A stretch of DNA of 64,000 nucleotides from Lama glama (Eukaryota): contig CM052817.1 of the NCBI GenBank assembly GCA_028534125.1, forward strand, positions 105,154,001-105,218,000, in the 5' to 3' direction. Numbering within the stretch: position 1 is the stretch's first letter; each line of letters opens with the position of its first letter. The notes under the pieces were generated by a model, which saw only the letters and a program-made list of their open reading frames with translations, was not told where the DNA came from and searched no databases. This document shows, piece after piece, positions 1 through 14,062 of this stretch. The position numbers and the translations under genes are program-made.

Positions 1-181
1 CAAACGTATGTCCCACAGCCACCTCTAGCTGCAAGGGCACACAGAAAGTCAAGTCTTTAAACATTTAGCCCTGTAGAAGGGAGCAAAATCATAGAAGAAA
101 GTGTCATTATCAATATGTTTACAAAACAGAACTTGTGTATGCATGCCATAGAGACCTAATGGGCTGAGAATTTCCAATAGG

Positions 182-681
182 NNNNNNNNNNNNNNNNNNN
201 NNNNNNNNNNNNNNNNNNNNNNNNNNNNNNNNNNNNNNNNNNNNNNNNNNNNNNNNNNNNNNNNNNNNNNNNNNNNNNNNNNNNNNNNNNNNNNNNNNNN
301 NNNNNNNNNNNNNNNNNNNNNNNNNNNNNNNNNNNNNNNNNNNNNNNNNNNNNNNNNNNNNNNNNNNNNNNNNNNNNNNNNNNNNNNNNNNNNNNNNNNN
401 NNNNNNNNNNNNNNNNNNNNNNNNNNNNNNNNNNNNNNNNNNNNNNNNNNNNNNNNNNNNNNNNNNNNNNNNNNNNNNNNNNNNNNNNNNNNNNNNNNNN
501 NNNNNNNNNNNNNNNNNNNNNNNNNNNNNNNNNNNNNNNNNNNNNNNNNNNNNNNNNNNNNNNNNNNNNNNNNNNNNNNNNNNNNNNNNNNNNNNNNNNN
601 NNNNNNNNNNNNNNNNNNNNNNNNNNNNNNNNNNNNNNNNNNNNNNNNNNNNNNNNNNNNNNNNNNNNNNNNNNNNNNNNN
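182..681. other. Assembly gap (500 N)
   Basis: Run of exactly 500 N. Confidence 0.99.
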
Positions 682-729
682 TTTTTTCCTTGTATGCGAT
701 TCTACAAAATGTAATGGGAAAGTAGATTT

Positions 730-945
730 CTAATATTTACTGAGTTCTGCCTCAGGTTGTTGATATGCATTATCTTATTTAATCCTTCCGACAACCCCTT
801 GATGTGGGACTGCTATTCTCCTAGTTCACAGAAGAGGAGATTAAGGTGGAGAGGGTCAATGACTTGCCTGATCTCTGAAGCTGGTGGACAGTGGGGACAG
901 ACCGTCATCAGGAAGGAATCCTATCCCCAAAACGTCATCACTTAA
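730..945 (-). mobile_element. MIR SINE
   Basis: CATTATCTTATTTAATCCTTCCGACAACCCC...ACAGAAGAGGAGATTAAGG...AATGACTTGCC resembles the reverse complement of the MIR core. Confidence 0.8.
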
Positions 946-1810
946 CGGCTATGCCTTATCACTTTCCCTCCGGGATTTCTGTTATTCTTTGTTTAAATTG
1001 AACTGATGCCTTGACCAAGTGTCGAACTTGAAGGTGAGGCTTTTGGAATGAGAATAATTGATGGAAACCTGTGTTTAGTCCTAGCTCATTGCTCGTCCTG
1101 GTGTAAGACTAGAGTTACGTGAAAGGAATAAAACAAGTGTTCACCCAGGGCATAGGGAGATTACCTTCCTTCTGGCTCTATGAAACCCATGAATGGATTT
1201 TCCTTGGTGAGTTTAAAAGTATCTGGCCTTTTACATGTGATTTATGAAAATAGGCTGAATGAATTCTGAAAACCAAGTGATTTGAAAGCTTTTTATTTGC
1301 TTCTCTGGGAACATAACAAAGAAGCCAGGAGCAAGCAAAGCAAGTTTATGCTGTGGCTTGTGTGTCAGAAACGCCTTTGAGGTGCCTTCTAATAATACCC
1401 TATAAATAATTCTGTCCTAACCACCCAAGTTCAATAAGGACAAATGATTCTCTTTTTCACATTGAGAATTGAAAGCGTTCTTTGGTATCAAATTCTAAAA
1501 GTTGCTGCCAATATTGAACAAGAGTGAACGGTATTAAAGCTGAGTCATGAATTAGTGTATTTCTTCCTGTATGTTGGATAACCTTAAAAACAGGTGATCC
1601 AAATCGTTCTCTGGTAATTTTTTAACCTGACTGTATTATAATCAGATAAAATGATGCCTTTGTCAATTCTCATCTGCCTTTATTTATTTTATGTGTACCT
1701 CACAGTATAAGTAACATCAAATATTAAGAAGGTAGTTAAGATATAAATAATATTTAATATATTTCTCATTTCTTTAATAACGTAGTTAATGGCAACAATT
1801 TAAAAATGAC

Positions 1811-2484
1811 TTTCTGAAGACTGGGAATAGACTTACCGTATGACCCAGGAATCCCGTTCCTGGGTATATATCCAGAAGGAACTCTACTTCAGGATGACAC
1901 CTGCACCCCAATGTTCATAGCAGCATTATTTACAATAGCCAAGACATGGAAACAGCCTAAATGTCCATCAACAGATGACTGGATAAAGAAGATGTGGTAT
2001 ATTTATACAGCGGAACACTATTCAGCCATAAAAACCAACAATATAATGCCATTTGCAGCAACATGGGTGCTCCCAGAGAATGTCATTCTAAGTGAAAGTA
2101 AGCCAGAAAGAGAAAGAAAAATACCATATGAGATCGCTTATATGTGGAATCTAAAAACAAGCAAACAAACAAACAAAGCATAAATACAAAACAGAAATAG
2201 ACTCATAGACATAGAATACAAACTTGTGGTTGCCAGTGGGGTGGGGGGGTGGGAAGGGATAGACTGAGATTTCAGAATTGTAGAATAGATGGACAAGATT
2301 ATGCTGTATAACACACTGAAATGTATACAAGATCTTATGGTATCTCAGAGAAGAAAATGTGCCAATGAATGTGTTTGTGTTCATGTATGACTGCAAAATT
2401 GTGCTCTGCACTGGAATTTGACACAACATTGTAAAGCGATTATAAGTCAGTAAAAAATGTTTAAAAATTAAATAAATAAATAAT
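1811..2484 (+). mobile_element. Relatively young 5'-truncated L1 (ORF2 C-terminus, 3'UTR, A-rich tail) with TSD
   Basis: ORF 1911-2183 ([33 protein letters not shown]) is the L1 ORF2p C-terminus. A-rich tail follows. TSD AAAAATGAC at 1802-1810 and 2485-2493, at a TTT/AAAAA endonuclease site. Confidence 0.95.
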
Positions 2485-4408
2485 AAAAATGACATTTTGT
2501 TGACATAGATCCTAAATAAAATTGCTAGAATTAAACACAATTTGATTTTTTTCAATAAATACCAAGGTTAAAAGCTGCTGTAACAATAATAAGTAACATC
2601 AAATCTTCATTATCAGTGTAGCATTGTTTTTGATCCACTTTGAAATATCAACTTAATACATAAATTGACCATTTTTAATATAATTTCCATCTATAATTGT
2701 TGAGGATGTGATAACTGCATCAGTATATTTAGGAAAATCTCCAACAGGAGTTGAACTTAGAGTCTACAGATACTTAAGGTGCTGAGCTTCCCAAACAAAG
2801 CAGACCACATGAAATGCAACTGAATTCCCTGGATTAATGTAACTTCTCCACTTCCCTTTAAGCCACCGTTGAGCAGGTCTGACACCCCTCCTTTCTGGCT
2901 GTTGCCAGTATATTAGGCAGATCCACCTGGAACTATCACCAGTTTTATTTATCCTCGGTCAACACATCATAAGTGACCTCCTCACAAAATTCTAGAAATG
3001 AAGTGAGGGAAACACAGTGTTGAGGTGGAGAGAAGCAGGCTGGGGACGGACGCAACTGGTGTGTTCCTATGTGAAGATCACCCTCTCTCGACCTTATGAT
3101 CAAGGATGTTAGCGTTCATCCCAGCTATGTGTTGGTGTTTACTCTAGGTAGTGAGACAGTGGGAAGTCTTGCGAATTGTTGAGAATTGGTATCTATTTCA
3201 ACTGGGTTGTGGGACACAGATAGAGAATTAGCATATCCTGGAGTCAGAATAGACAATGAGCATTGCTATTCTTTCCAGGAGAAGGCAAGCTTTTCTTCTG
3301 TTTGTTGCTTATGATTTCTGATATATGCCTGTACCTCAGGTATGAAGGCATATATGCTCTGCTCCAATAAAGAGAGCATAGTTGAAAAAAATTGCAGTTT
3401 GAAACCTTATTAAGTTTATAACTGTCCTCTTTTACTTTTAAGACCTATCCACCTTTTCCAGAGTCCAAATAGGGAGACAAAAATCACCTGGAAAACTTTC
3501 AAATCTTTGATGTGGTTCTACCATCATGATTGTCCCAGGGTATAACAATTTTTTTCTTACTCTTTTGATATAGAAAGTAACTTCTAAGTACATCTTCTTC
3601 GCCCTTCAAATCAAAACATTTATGCCAAGGATCATGGAACCAATAGCTGGATTCTGTATTTACTTCAAATATCTATTCCAACTGCGTAATCAGAAGTTGA
3701 AGGCTAATGATTCTGTGAATTCACTGTTCCGCTCAAGAGGTAGACTCAGGCCTCCTTGTCCATTTATTAATATACCATAATGTATACATGGAACTTGAGA
3801 GCAAAGTCCTTCCTGGAGAGTCTGCAGACATCACTTCCCTCCAAGGCACTCAGTGTTCATGGTTCACATCTGGAGAAAGAGAAGGGTTCTAACTCTCTGC
3901 TGTAGTGGCTTTGGTAAGAACTCAAGTCCCCAGACCTACAGTTTCCTCAGTTTATCAGCCTAGGAGCAATTGTTCTAGAGATGCCTTCCTCATTCTCTTA
4001 AAAGCTCCTATGATTAGATCATTTACATTATTTAATTGTTGTTATACTGACTGTTGTATTTGGTCCCTGCCACCTGAGAATCGTAACCTTCTCACAGAGA
4101 TCAGGAGATCCCACTCAGGAGTGAATCTCCTGCCTGTAGTCTCAGACCACATAGAACAATGACTAAGAGGAAGTTTTCACAAATTGCTCCTTCCTTACCA
4201 GCAGAGTTTTCAGAGTTACCCCATGAGGGTTCTCAGGGCAGAGGTAGGCTGTGATTGAATAGGAATCATTTGTTACAGCTCCACCTACATTTCTAGCTGT
4301 TTTGTGTATTCCCATTACATAAGGTAAATAAATTTTTAGCATCCAAATTAAATTTTACTCTAGGCCAACATTGAAGTCCAAGTGCCAATCAACCAAACAA
4401 GTGAATAC

Positions 4409-4680
4409 CATAGTAGTTTGTATCTGCCAATTGAAAACTCCCAATTGATCCCTGTGGCAGATACAAACTACTATGTACAGAAGAGATAAACAACAAGGTC
4501 CTACTGTGTAGCACAGGGAATTATATTCAACGACTTGTAGTAACCTGTAATGAAAAAATATGAAAAAGAATATATATAATATATATATATATTATATATA
4601 TATCTGAATCATTATGCTGTACACAAGAAACTAATACAACATTATAAATCAACTATACTTCAGTTAAAAATGGGAAAAAA
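4409..4680 (+). mobile_element. Short L1 3'UTR insertion with 5' inversion
   Basis: Artiodactyl-type L1 3' end (AACAAGGTCCTACTGTGTAGCACAGGGAA...CAACTATACTTCA). 4409-4452 is inverted L1 sequence. TSD CAAACAAGTGAATA at 4394-4407 and 4681-4694. Confidence 0.9.
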
Positions 4681-5135
4681 CAAACAAGTGAATATCAGAC
4701 CATTTTAGAATCTATATTTCTTTTTTGGCTAATTTATCCACAAATATGGCCTGATCTAATACTTCCAGACTATAGTATAATCTTCATATATATACATATG
4801 TGTATATATATATGCTCTATATAGAGAGGAAAATACTTGTGTTCCTTACGGTGTTTGGGCCATTTTGGAAGGTGCCAAATAAATAGTATGTCAACTATGG
4901 GTTCCCATCAGGATTACACATCCATCCAGGTTCTCCCTCAGTAGGAACCTTGACTTGAGAAGCAAAGTGTGGAAGTAGCACCACTTTAAAAAGGAAATTT
5001 ATGAGAAGCTGATCTGAGCAATGTCCATTGTTCCCTCAGTTACTAATCAGGAAATTTTTCTCATTACTCTTGGGACAGAGTTTTTAAGTTCAGCAAACTG
5101 AAGGGCTGGGCTGTTGGAAATTTGGCTGTACCAAG

Positions 5136-5524
5136 TGTATTGTCTGAGTCTTGCAAGGTTACTGTAACAATTAAACCACAGACATTTGTTTCTCATAGTT
5201 CTGGAGGTGGGAGACCAAGATCAAGGTACCAGCCAACCTGGTGGCTGTTGAGGGCCTTCTTCCTGGTTTGCAGGAGACCGTCTTCCTGTTACCTTCTCAC
5301 ACGGCTTTTCCTTGGTGAATGTACTGGAGAGAGGGAGGCAGAGAGAGAGAGGGTTTTTCTGTCTCTTCTTCTACTAAGGGCATCAATCTTAATATGAGAG
5401 CCCCACCTTCATGCCCTAATCTAATTCAGCGACCTCCCAAAGACCCCGACTTCAAGTACCATTGTATTGAGGATTAGGGCTTCAACATAGGAATTTTAGG
5501 GGACGCAAACTTTCAGTCCTTACA
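5136..5524 (-). mobile_element. MaLR solo LTR, MLT1A-like
   Basis: TTTCTCATAGTTCTGGAGGTGGGAGACCAAGATCAAGG and the terminal GGATTAGGGCTTCAACATAGGAATTTTAGGGGACGCAAACTTTCAGTCCTTACA match MLT1A in reverse. Confidence 0.85.
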
Positions 5525-6254
5525 TTGGCCCTGAGCCTGTATGCAAAAAATTGTTTTTAATTAGAAATGTTGAAGGCACTCTTCCTTCCTGACCATGGCC
5601 CTCTGAGGTTGTCATTTTCTTTCTTTAGACTCAGATGTAGTCAGAGCCACCAGGCCAGCACATGGTCCCTCTACAAAGCCCAGTGATTTATTAATGGCTT
5701 AATTTAGGTAGCTCTCAGAAACACCTGGAACGCTGGGAAGTGTCAAAATACATGGGAAAACTTGTAGGATTATGCTATTTGGATGAAAAACTTAAAGTCT
5801 CTTTCCTGACTTTCAACCCTAAACAAGTCATTTCTCTTAAAGATGCTTTTCTAAACTACTGAAAAGACAAGAATCTTGTTTAGTAAGGATGATTGCTTAC
5901 TTCTTAGAACATTTTACTATTACTAACATAGTTGGTAGCAGAAACCACCCATTTATTTACTTTCTTGTAGTCCATAATAGTCAAGATTGTGTAGTTGTGG
6001 AATTTTAATGGGAGAAAAATTTCCCTAAATTGAGTGTATGAAGTGAGTCTCTCTGTACATATATATTCATTAAGATAATATGTGCTCCTTGTTTATTAAA
6101 GGGTGGTTTCCCATGGTAACTTTGTAAGAAAATTTGTAATTTCTGGGGTCTAATAAATAGATGTTGGTTTTTGGACAAGGGGGTCAGCATTTCATCAAAT
6201 ATTTATATTTATGAAGATATTTATATATATATATATAGGAATTATTATATACAC

Positions 6255-6655
6255 CTAATTGAAATTTTTAATGTGACAATTGTAAATTCACATGCAGTTG
6301 TAAAAAGTTATATGAAGAGATCCTGCATATACATTACCCAGTTTTCATCAATAAAATTTGCAAAACTATAATATAACAGAAAAGATACTGACATTGATGC
6401 ATTCTACTGATCTTAATAGCACTAATCTGTGCTTGTGTGTATTTGTGTGTGTGTGTGTGTGTAAGTCCTGTACAATTCTATCACTTTCTAGATCCATATA
6501 TCCACAGTCAAGATACTGCACAGTTCCATCACATGAAGGATCCCCTGTGTTGCTCTTTTATAACCATGCCTACCCTAACACCCTCTCCCTGTCCCCCCTA
6601 CCTGCTGAAATTAATCAATCTCTTCTTCATTTCTCAGAACTTATTATTACAAAAA
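6255..6655 (-). mobile_element. Old L1 (L1MC-like) 3' end
   Basis: ATTCACATGCAGTTGTAAAAAG...TTACCCAGTTTT...TTGCAAAACTATA is characteristic of L1MC 3' ends. Contains a (TG)n tract at ~6434-6462. Confidence 0.7.
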
Positions 6656-6714
6656 TATAGCATAAGGACAATCACACATTATGAAATTAACCTTTTGCAT
6701 TGCCCTCCCACACC

Positions 6715-9700
6715 CCTTCTTAAGATATTGAACACAGTTTCCTGTGCTATAGAGAAGAAACGTTTTAAAAATATATTTTTCTATATAATGAAATTTGTAA
6801 ATCATTTGTAAATCTCAAATCCCCAAATTTATCCCTTCCCACTCCCTTTCCCTGGTAACCAGATTGTTTACTATGTCTGAGAGTCTGTTTTTGTAGATGA
6901 GTTGATAATGTCTCTTTTTTAAAAAAATATTCCACATATAAGTGATATCATATGGTATTTTTCTTTCTCTTTGTGGCTTACTTCACTTAGAATGATGATC
7001 TCTAGGTCCATCCACATTGCTGCAAATGGCATTATTGTGTTCTTTTTGTGGATAGATAGTATTCCATTGTATAAATATACCACAGGTTCTTTCTTTACTC
7101 ATCTGTTGATGGAAATTTAGGTTGCTTCCATGTCTTGGCTATTGCATACAATGCTGCTATGGAAAATTGGGGTGCATGCATCTTTTCAAAATAGAGTTCC
7201 CTCCAGACATATACCCAGAAGTGGAATTGCTGGGTCATATGGTAGGTCTTTTTTTAGTTTTTTGAGAAATATCCATACTGTTTTCCATAACGACTGCACC
7301 AAACTACACGCCTACCAGCAGTGTAGGAAGTTTCCCTTTTTCCACGCTCTCTCTAGCATTTATCATTCAAGGACTTCTGAATGATGGCCATTCTGATTGG
7401 TATGAGATGATACCTCATTGTAGTTTTGATTTGCACTTCTCTGATAATTAGTGATCCTGAGCATTCTATCATGTGCTTATTGGCTATTTGTATGTCTTCA
7501 CTGGAGAATTGCTTGTTTAGGTCTGCCCATTTTTGGATTGGTGTTTGGTTTTTTGTTGTTATTAAAGTTGTACGAGCTGTCTTTATATTCTAGTAATTAA
7601 GCCTTTGTCAGTCACATCATTTGCAAATATTTTCTCCCATTCCATAGGTTGTCGATTTGTTCTGCTTATGGCTTCCTTTGCTCTGCACAAGCTTATAAGT
7701 TTGTTTATTTTTGCTCTTATTTCTATTGTATGGGAAAATTGTCTTAGGGGAACATAGCTAAGATTTATGTCAGAGAATGTTTTGCCCCTATTTTCATCTA
7801 GGATATTTATCATGTCTTGTCTTATATTTAAATCTTTAAAGCCATTTTGAGTTTATTTTTGTATATGGAGTGAAGGGGTGTTCACTGATTTACATGCTGC
7901 TATCCAGTTTTCCCAATGCCACTTGCTGAGAGACTTATCATTTCTCCATCATATATTCTTGCCTTCTTTATTGACACTTAATTGACTGTAAGTCTGTGGA
8001 TTTATTTCTGGGTTTTCTACTCTGTTCCTTTGATCTATAAGTCTGTTTTTGTACCAGTACCATGCTGTTTCGATTACTGTAGCTCTGCAGTATTGTCTGA
8101 ATTCTGGGATAATTATTTCTCCAGCTTTGTTCTTTTTCTTCAATATTGCCTTGGCAATTCTGTATCTTTTGTGATTCCATATAAATTTTAGGGTAGTTTG
8201 TTCTTGTTCTGTAAAAAATATCCTGGGTAATTTGATAGGGATTGTATTAAATCTGTAGATTGCCTTGGGTAGTATGGCCATTTGAACAGTATTGATTCTT
8301 CCAATCCAAGAGCATGGAATAGCTTTCCATTTCTTTACATCATCTTTAATTTCCTTAATCAATGTTTTGTAGTTCTTCATGTATAATTGTTTCACTTCCT
8401 TGGCCAGGTTTATTCCTAAGTATTTTATTGTTTTGGATGCAATTTTAAAAGGCATTGTTTCTTTACTTTCTTTTCCTGCTAAATCATTGTTAGTGTAAAG
8501 AATGCAACTGATTTTTGTATGTTAATCTTGTATCTTGTTGCCTTGCTGAATTCTTTTATTAGCTCTAGTAATTTTTTTTTTTTGGTGGAGCTTTTAGTTT
8601 TTTCTATATATAGTATCATGTTATCCACATATAGGGACAATTTTACCTCTTCTCATCCAATTTGAATACATTTACTTCTTTTTCTTGCCTGATTTCTGTG
8701 GCTAGAGATTCCAAGACTGTTGAATAGAAGTGGTGAGAATCGGTATCCTTGTCTTCCAGATTTTAGTGGGAAGGCTGTCAGTTTTTCAACACTGAGTACT
8801 ATGCTGGCTGTAGGTTTGTAATAAAGAGCTTTTATTATGTTGAGATATGTTTCCTCTATACCCACTTTGGGGAGAATTTTTATCATAAATGGGTGTTGAG
8901 TTTTATCAAATGCTTTTTCTGCGTCTATTAAGATGATCATGTGGTTTTTGTCCTTTCTTTTGTGGATGTGGTATATCACACTGATTAATTTGCTTATGTT
9001 GAACCATCTTTGTGTCCCTGGAATGAATCCAATGTGACCATGGTGTGTGGTCTTTTTTATGTGCTGTTGGATTCTGTTTGCTAATATTTTGTTGAGGATT
9101 TTTGCATCTATGTTCATCAGTGATATTGGCTAGTAATTTTCTTTTTGGTAGTGTCTTTGTCTGGTATTGGTATCAGGGTGATGGTGGCTTTATAGAATGA
9201 GTTTGGGAATATTCCCTCCTTTTCAATCTTTTGGAAGAGTTTGAGAAGGACTGGTTTGAATCTTCTTTGTATGTTTGGTAGAATTCTCCAATGAAGCCAT
9301 CTGGCACTATACTTTTGTTTGCAAGGAGGTTTTTTTTTTTTTTTTCTCAATTGTTAATTCTGTTTCCTTTCTAGTGATCAGTCTGTTCAAGTGGTCTGTT
9401 TCTCTTGATTCAGTCTTGGGGGACTGTATGTTTTCAGAAACTTGTCCATTTCTTCTAGGTTGTCCAGTTTGTTTCCATATAGTTGTTTTTAGTATTCTCT
9501 TATGATACTTTGCATGTCTGTGGTATTGCTTGTAATTTATCCATTTTCCTTTTTTATTCTGTTTATTTGTGTTCTCTCTCTTTTCTTCTTGGTGTGCCTG
9601 GCCAGGGGATTGTCAATTTTGTTTACTCTTTCAAGAAACAAGCTCTTTGTTTGATTTTTCTATTTTTTAAAAATCTCTGTTTATTTATTTCCTCACTGAT

Positions 9701-10355
9701 CTTTATTATTTCCTGCTTTTGCTGACTTTTGGTTTTGTTTGCTTTTCTTTTTCTAATTCTTTTAGGTGGTAGGTTATGTTGTCTATTTGAAATCATTCTT
9801 CTTTTTTTAGGAAGGACTATATCGCTGTGAACTTCCCTCTTAGGGCTGTTTTTGCTGCATCACATAGATTTTGTATGGTTGTCTTTTTCATTGTCATTTG
9901 TCTCAAAGTATTTTTAAATTTGTTCTTTGATTTCATTATTGACCCATAGTTTTTTAGTAGCATGCTGTTTAGTCTCCATGCTGTCATTTTTTTCCCTTTG
10001 TTTTTCTGTGATATCCTAGGTTGCAGCTTTTTCTCATTCAGAACTTTGAATATATCTTGTCACTCCCTTCTGACCTGCAATGTAGGTGTACAGAAACCAG
10101 CTGAAAGCCTTATGGGGGTTTCCTTGTAACTAACTATTTTTCTCTTGCTGCCTTTAGAATAATTTATTTGTCTTTAACCTTGGCCATCTTGATTATAATA
10201 TGTCTTGGTGTAGGTCTGTTTGGGCTCTGCTTGTTGGGGACCCTCTGTGCTTCCTGTACTTGAATATCTGATTCCTTCTTTAGGTTCGGAAAGTTTTCAT
10301 TCATTATTTCTTCAAATACCTTTTCAATCTCCTTTGCTCTTTATTCTCCTTCTTG
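6715..10355 (-). mobile_element. Degenerate L1 (ORF2 RT and C-terminal region joined to an ORF1 fragment)
   Basis: Minus-strand ORFs 8653-9117 ([22 protein letters not shown]...DAEKAFDK), 7949-8455 (IKYLGINL...[10 protein letters not shown]) and 7583-7813 are frameshifted L1 ORF2p pieces. 10010-10355 resembles ORF1. Confidence 0.95.
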
Positions 10356-10359
10356 TAGA

Positions 10360-11880
10360 TGCTACTTATCAGGTTGCTATAATGCAGGATTTTTTAAAAA
10401 TCATGAATGAGTATTGAATTTTGTCAAATGCTTTTCTGTGTCAATTGACATAGTCATATGAGTTTTCTTCTTTTATTGCACTGTTTGATTTTAGAATGCT
10501 AAAACAAACTTGGATGTCTGAAATAAATCTCACTCAGTTGTGTGTAATTTTTTTTAGTATGTTGCTGGATTTGGTTTGCTAGCATTTTATTGAAGAATTT
10601 TATCTGTATTGTTTGGCAGCTTTCTTTTCTTGTGATGTCTTTGATTTGAGTATCAGTATGATACTGATCTCATATGAGTCCATAAAAATTATTTCCTTTT
10701 ATATTGTCTGGAAGAAATTGTGCATAATTGTTATTCATTTTTTTCACACGTTTGCTAGAACTCATCAGTGGGTCTATCAATTTATTTTTCTGGAGTTTTA
10801 AAATTATTTATTTAACTTATTGGATGATAATAGGGATATTGAGACTACCTATCTTAATTTAGTTGTGTTTTCACAGTTTGTGGCTTTCATGTAAGAGCTG
10901 ACCCATTTTTTCCGAGAAATGGAATAGTCATTTCTTATTATCATTTTTAAATGGCTACAAGATCTGTAGTTATATCTCCTATTTCATTTTTGATATAGGT
11001 TATTTATGTCTTCTCTTTTAAAACTTTTGTCATTTTTAAGGCTCATCATTTGTATTGAACTGTTTTCAAGGAATCGGCTGTTTTATCACTACTTTTTCTC
11101 TACTGTTTTCTTAATTCCAATTTCATTGATTTATTTTTTCCTTCCAATTGCTTTTGCCATATTTTGTTCTCTTTTTTTTAGTTTCATGAGATGGAAAACT
11201 AGATTTTTGATTTGATCAATTTTCTTTTGTCTAATATAAGCACTAATCCTATAAATATTCCTCTCAATGTTGCTTTAGCTGCATACTATTTATTTTCATA
11301 TTCATTTTTACACATTTTTAATATTTGTCATTAAGACTTCTTTACTCTTGAATTATTTACAAGTACATTGTTTAATCTCCATGTGCTTAGAGATTTTCCT
11401 CTTGTATTTTTTTTTTTATTTCTACTTTGATTGCACAATAGGTAACTCGTTCCATGATAGCAATTCTTTTAAATTTGAGATGTGTTTTATAACCCAGGGT
11501 ATTGGTATATTTTGGTAAATGTTCTGTGGCCACTTGAAACTGTGTGCATTCTGCTGATGTTGGGTAGAATCTTTAATATATGTCCATTAGATCCTATTGA
11601 TTGACTGCATTTTCAGGTATTTTATATCCTTGCTGATTTTCTGCTTAGTATTTCTATCAATTATAATTATAGATTTTTTTGTTTCTCCCTTACATTTTAT
11701 CCTTTTTTCTTTATTTATTTTGATGGTCCATTGTTTAATGTATTCAGATTTAAGTTGATTATGTCTTCCTGATGGATTGTTTCTTTTAGCATTATAATAA
11801 TTCTTTTTAAGTATCTAATTTTTTTTCTTTGCTTAGACGTCTACTCTAGTGGATAATAATAAAGTCATTCTTGCATCCTA
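10360..11880 (-). mobile_element. Old, highly decayed L1 ORF2 region
   Basis: TTGAATTTTGTCAAATGCTTTTCTGTGTCAATTGA and GTTGCTGGATTTGGTTTGCTAGCATTTT are antisense ORF2 motifs. T-rich throughout. Confidence 0.75.
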
Positions 11881-13954
11881 AATTTTTTATTCACTTTGAT
11901 TACATCTTTAATTTCAGACACATGTTTTTGTGTTTTTTAAACAGATAAACTTTAAAACATATTAATTTTAATATGGAAAGAAGAACTTTGGTAAACAATA
12001 CTCAGAACTGCCCATGCTAATCTTAAAAGAAATGATGTCGAGTGATCATGGAATATATCTAATAATTGCTTATTGAATCACTAATTAAATTATAATAGAA
12101 GAAAAATCTGAAAAAATGTCCAACTGCCTGCAATCAGATCTTGAAATACAGGGTTGAGGCTCAGTGAGAGGAATTATCAAAAGTAAGGTATGATACAGGT
12201 AGACAAGGTGATTAGATACAATACCAAGTGGAACAACAATTCAGGTTTGAAAAGGGGAATAATCCAGTTATAAACTGTCAAAACTAGTACACAAAGATGA
12301 TGCTCAAATAACAGGTACATTTACTTGACACCGTTGATACTTAAGAACCAAATCTGTTGGGATAAATAATCTATATTTTGATACAATCTATCTTACGTGA
12401 TTGACTTCCCCCACAAATAACATAAATAGTGAAACAGTCAAGATTATTACGGCTTCAGTAAAAATAGTACAGTGACTATCCACACACAGGATAATAACAT
12501 TGATGGTAATGCTAGGGGTAGCCTAATGTGTTGAGCTGAAAACTTATGTGCTGGGTATTCTGATAAGCAATTTATATTCATTGACTTGCTTAATTATCCC
12601 CCAAATCACATGAAATTGCTGCAACAAGGAAGTAATTAATTTCCTTAGGAGAATTACTTTCTGGACTACGTTGAAATATGTAGATAAAAATCCATCTCCC
12701 CTAAAGTTTGTGTGCATACTGGGTTTTCTGATTTACTTCCTATTTACTTAGTAATCTTTTAATTGATTTAAGGTCTACTGATTATGATTATTATTCTTAA
12801 GCAGTATCTAGCTTCTGCATTCACTGACTGCTTTTTCTAAAACCTGATTCTACCATTTCAGGAAGTTAAAATAAAAGAACCATGCAAAATTTTGTATAAA
12901 ATGAGAGGAAAACAATTTACTTTTCTAGTATTTGAACTCTGTACTGCTACACCATGTCTCTTAAGTCAGATCTAGTTTTCCATATATAGACTAAATTTAT
13001 TTTTCTGACTATTTTTAATTCATTTACTAAGGTTTAGCTGACTTACCTAGAGTAATGATAGTGCCATTTGTAAAAAGATTAATCTTTCTTCAGTTTTAGT
13101 ATATATAGCATACATGAAAACTTTTATAAACATTAAAATGTATTCAAAATTAAGCATTGTCAAGGTATTATTTAAGCTTTGCCGTGAAACAACTGAGGAA
13201 GCATTTTTTTCAACATTGTTTTCCTTATGATTGGAAACTCTGTATCAATTATAGACCTCAGAATATACAAAAAAGAGACTCAACAAGAAAATACCTAGCC
13301 ATTACCAAGGTTAACAATCATCTATATGTTTCTGGTTATATTCATAAATATGTACAAAAGCATACATATATACATAAATATACATACATATATACACTTC
13401 TGAAAAATAAAATCATGTTATATAACTTTATTTCATTTAAGGTTTTTATCAAAAATATGTCCCTATACCATTAAATGTCTTTTGCAAAACATAATTTTTA
13501 AATCTGAGCAATGGTCTCAAAAAATATATAATAGGTATCATTTAATTATTTCCCTATTGTTGAGATTATAATTGATAAAAATTGATCATTTTAAACAGAC
13601 TAGGAATAAAGTTTAAAAGAATTCAAGGCGTTGATGTAAGAATGCAGTGGGATGTCTTCTTAGCATACTGCTCAAAAGAATTCATCAGCCTTCTTTAGGA
13701 TTGTACTTCTGGCTCCACAAGGTTCTATTTGTCACAGGGAAGTGTTTTTCTATCTAGCAAGCAGATATAATAATGCTAGCAGAGTCCCTGAGGCATCAAA
13801 TCACACATGATTCTGTCCTCTTTGCCCAGCTGTACTGGAATTATCTTGGTGAGAAAAAAGAGTACTTATCCTCAGCATGGCTGTTGTAAGACTTGTGAAA
13901 AACAGTAATATAAAAGATTGAGTGGAAAAGGCCTGGCAAGTGTAACAAAAACCA

Positions 13955-14062
13955 CCTGGATTAAGGGAACTGGTCCCCACTCCCTGCTGAGCACTTAAGT
14001 ATCACTGTGCTCTGGGGAGAGTCACTTAACTTCTCTAGACCTCTGACCCCTCATCTGAAGAT
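13955..14062 (+). mobile_element. MIR fragment
   Basis: GTCACTTAACTTCTCTAGACCTCTGACCCCTCATCTG resembles the MIR core. Confidence 0.55.
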
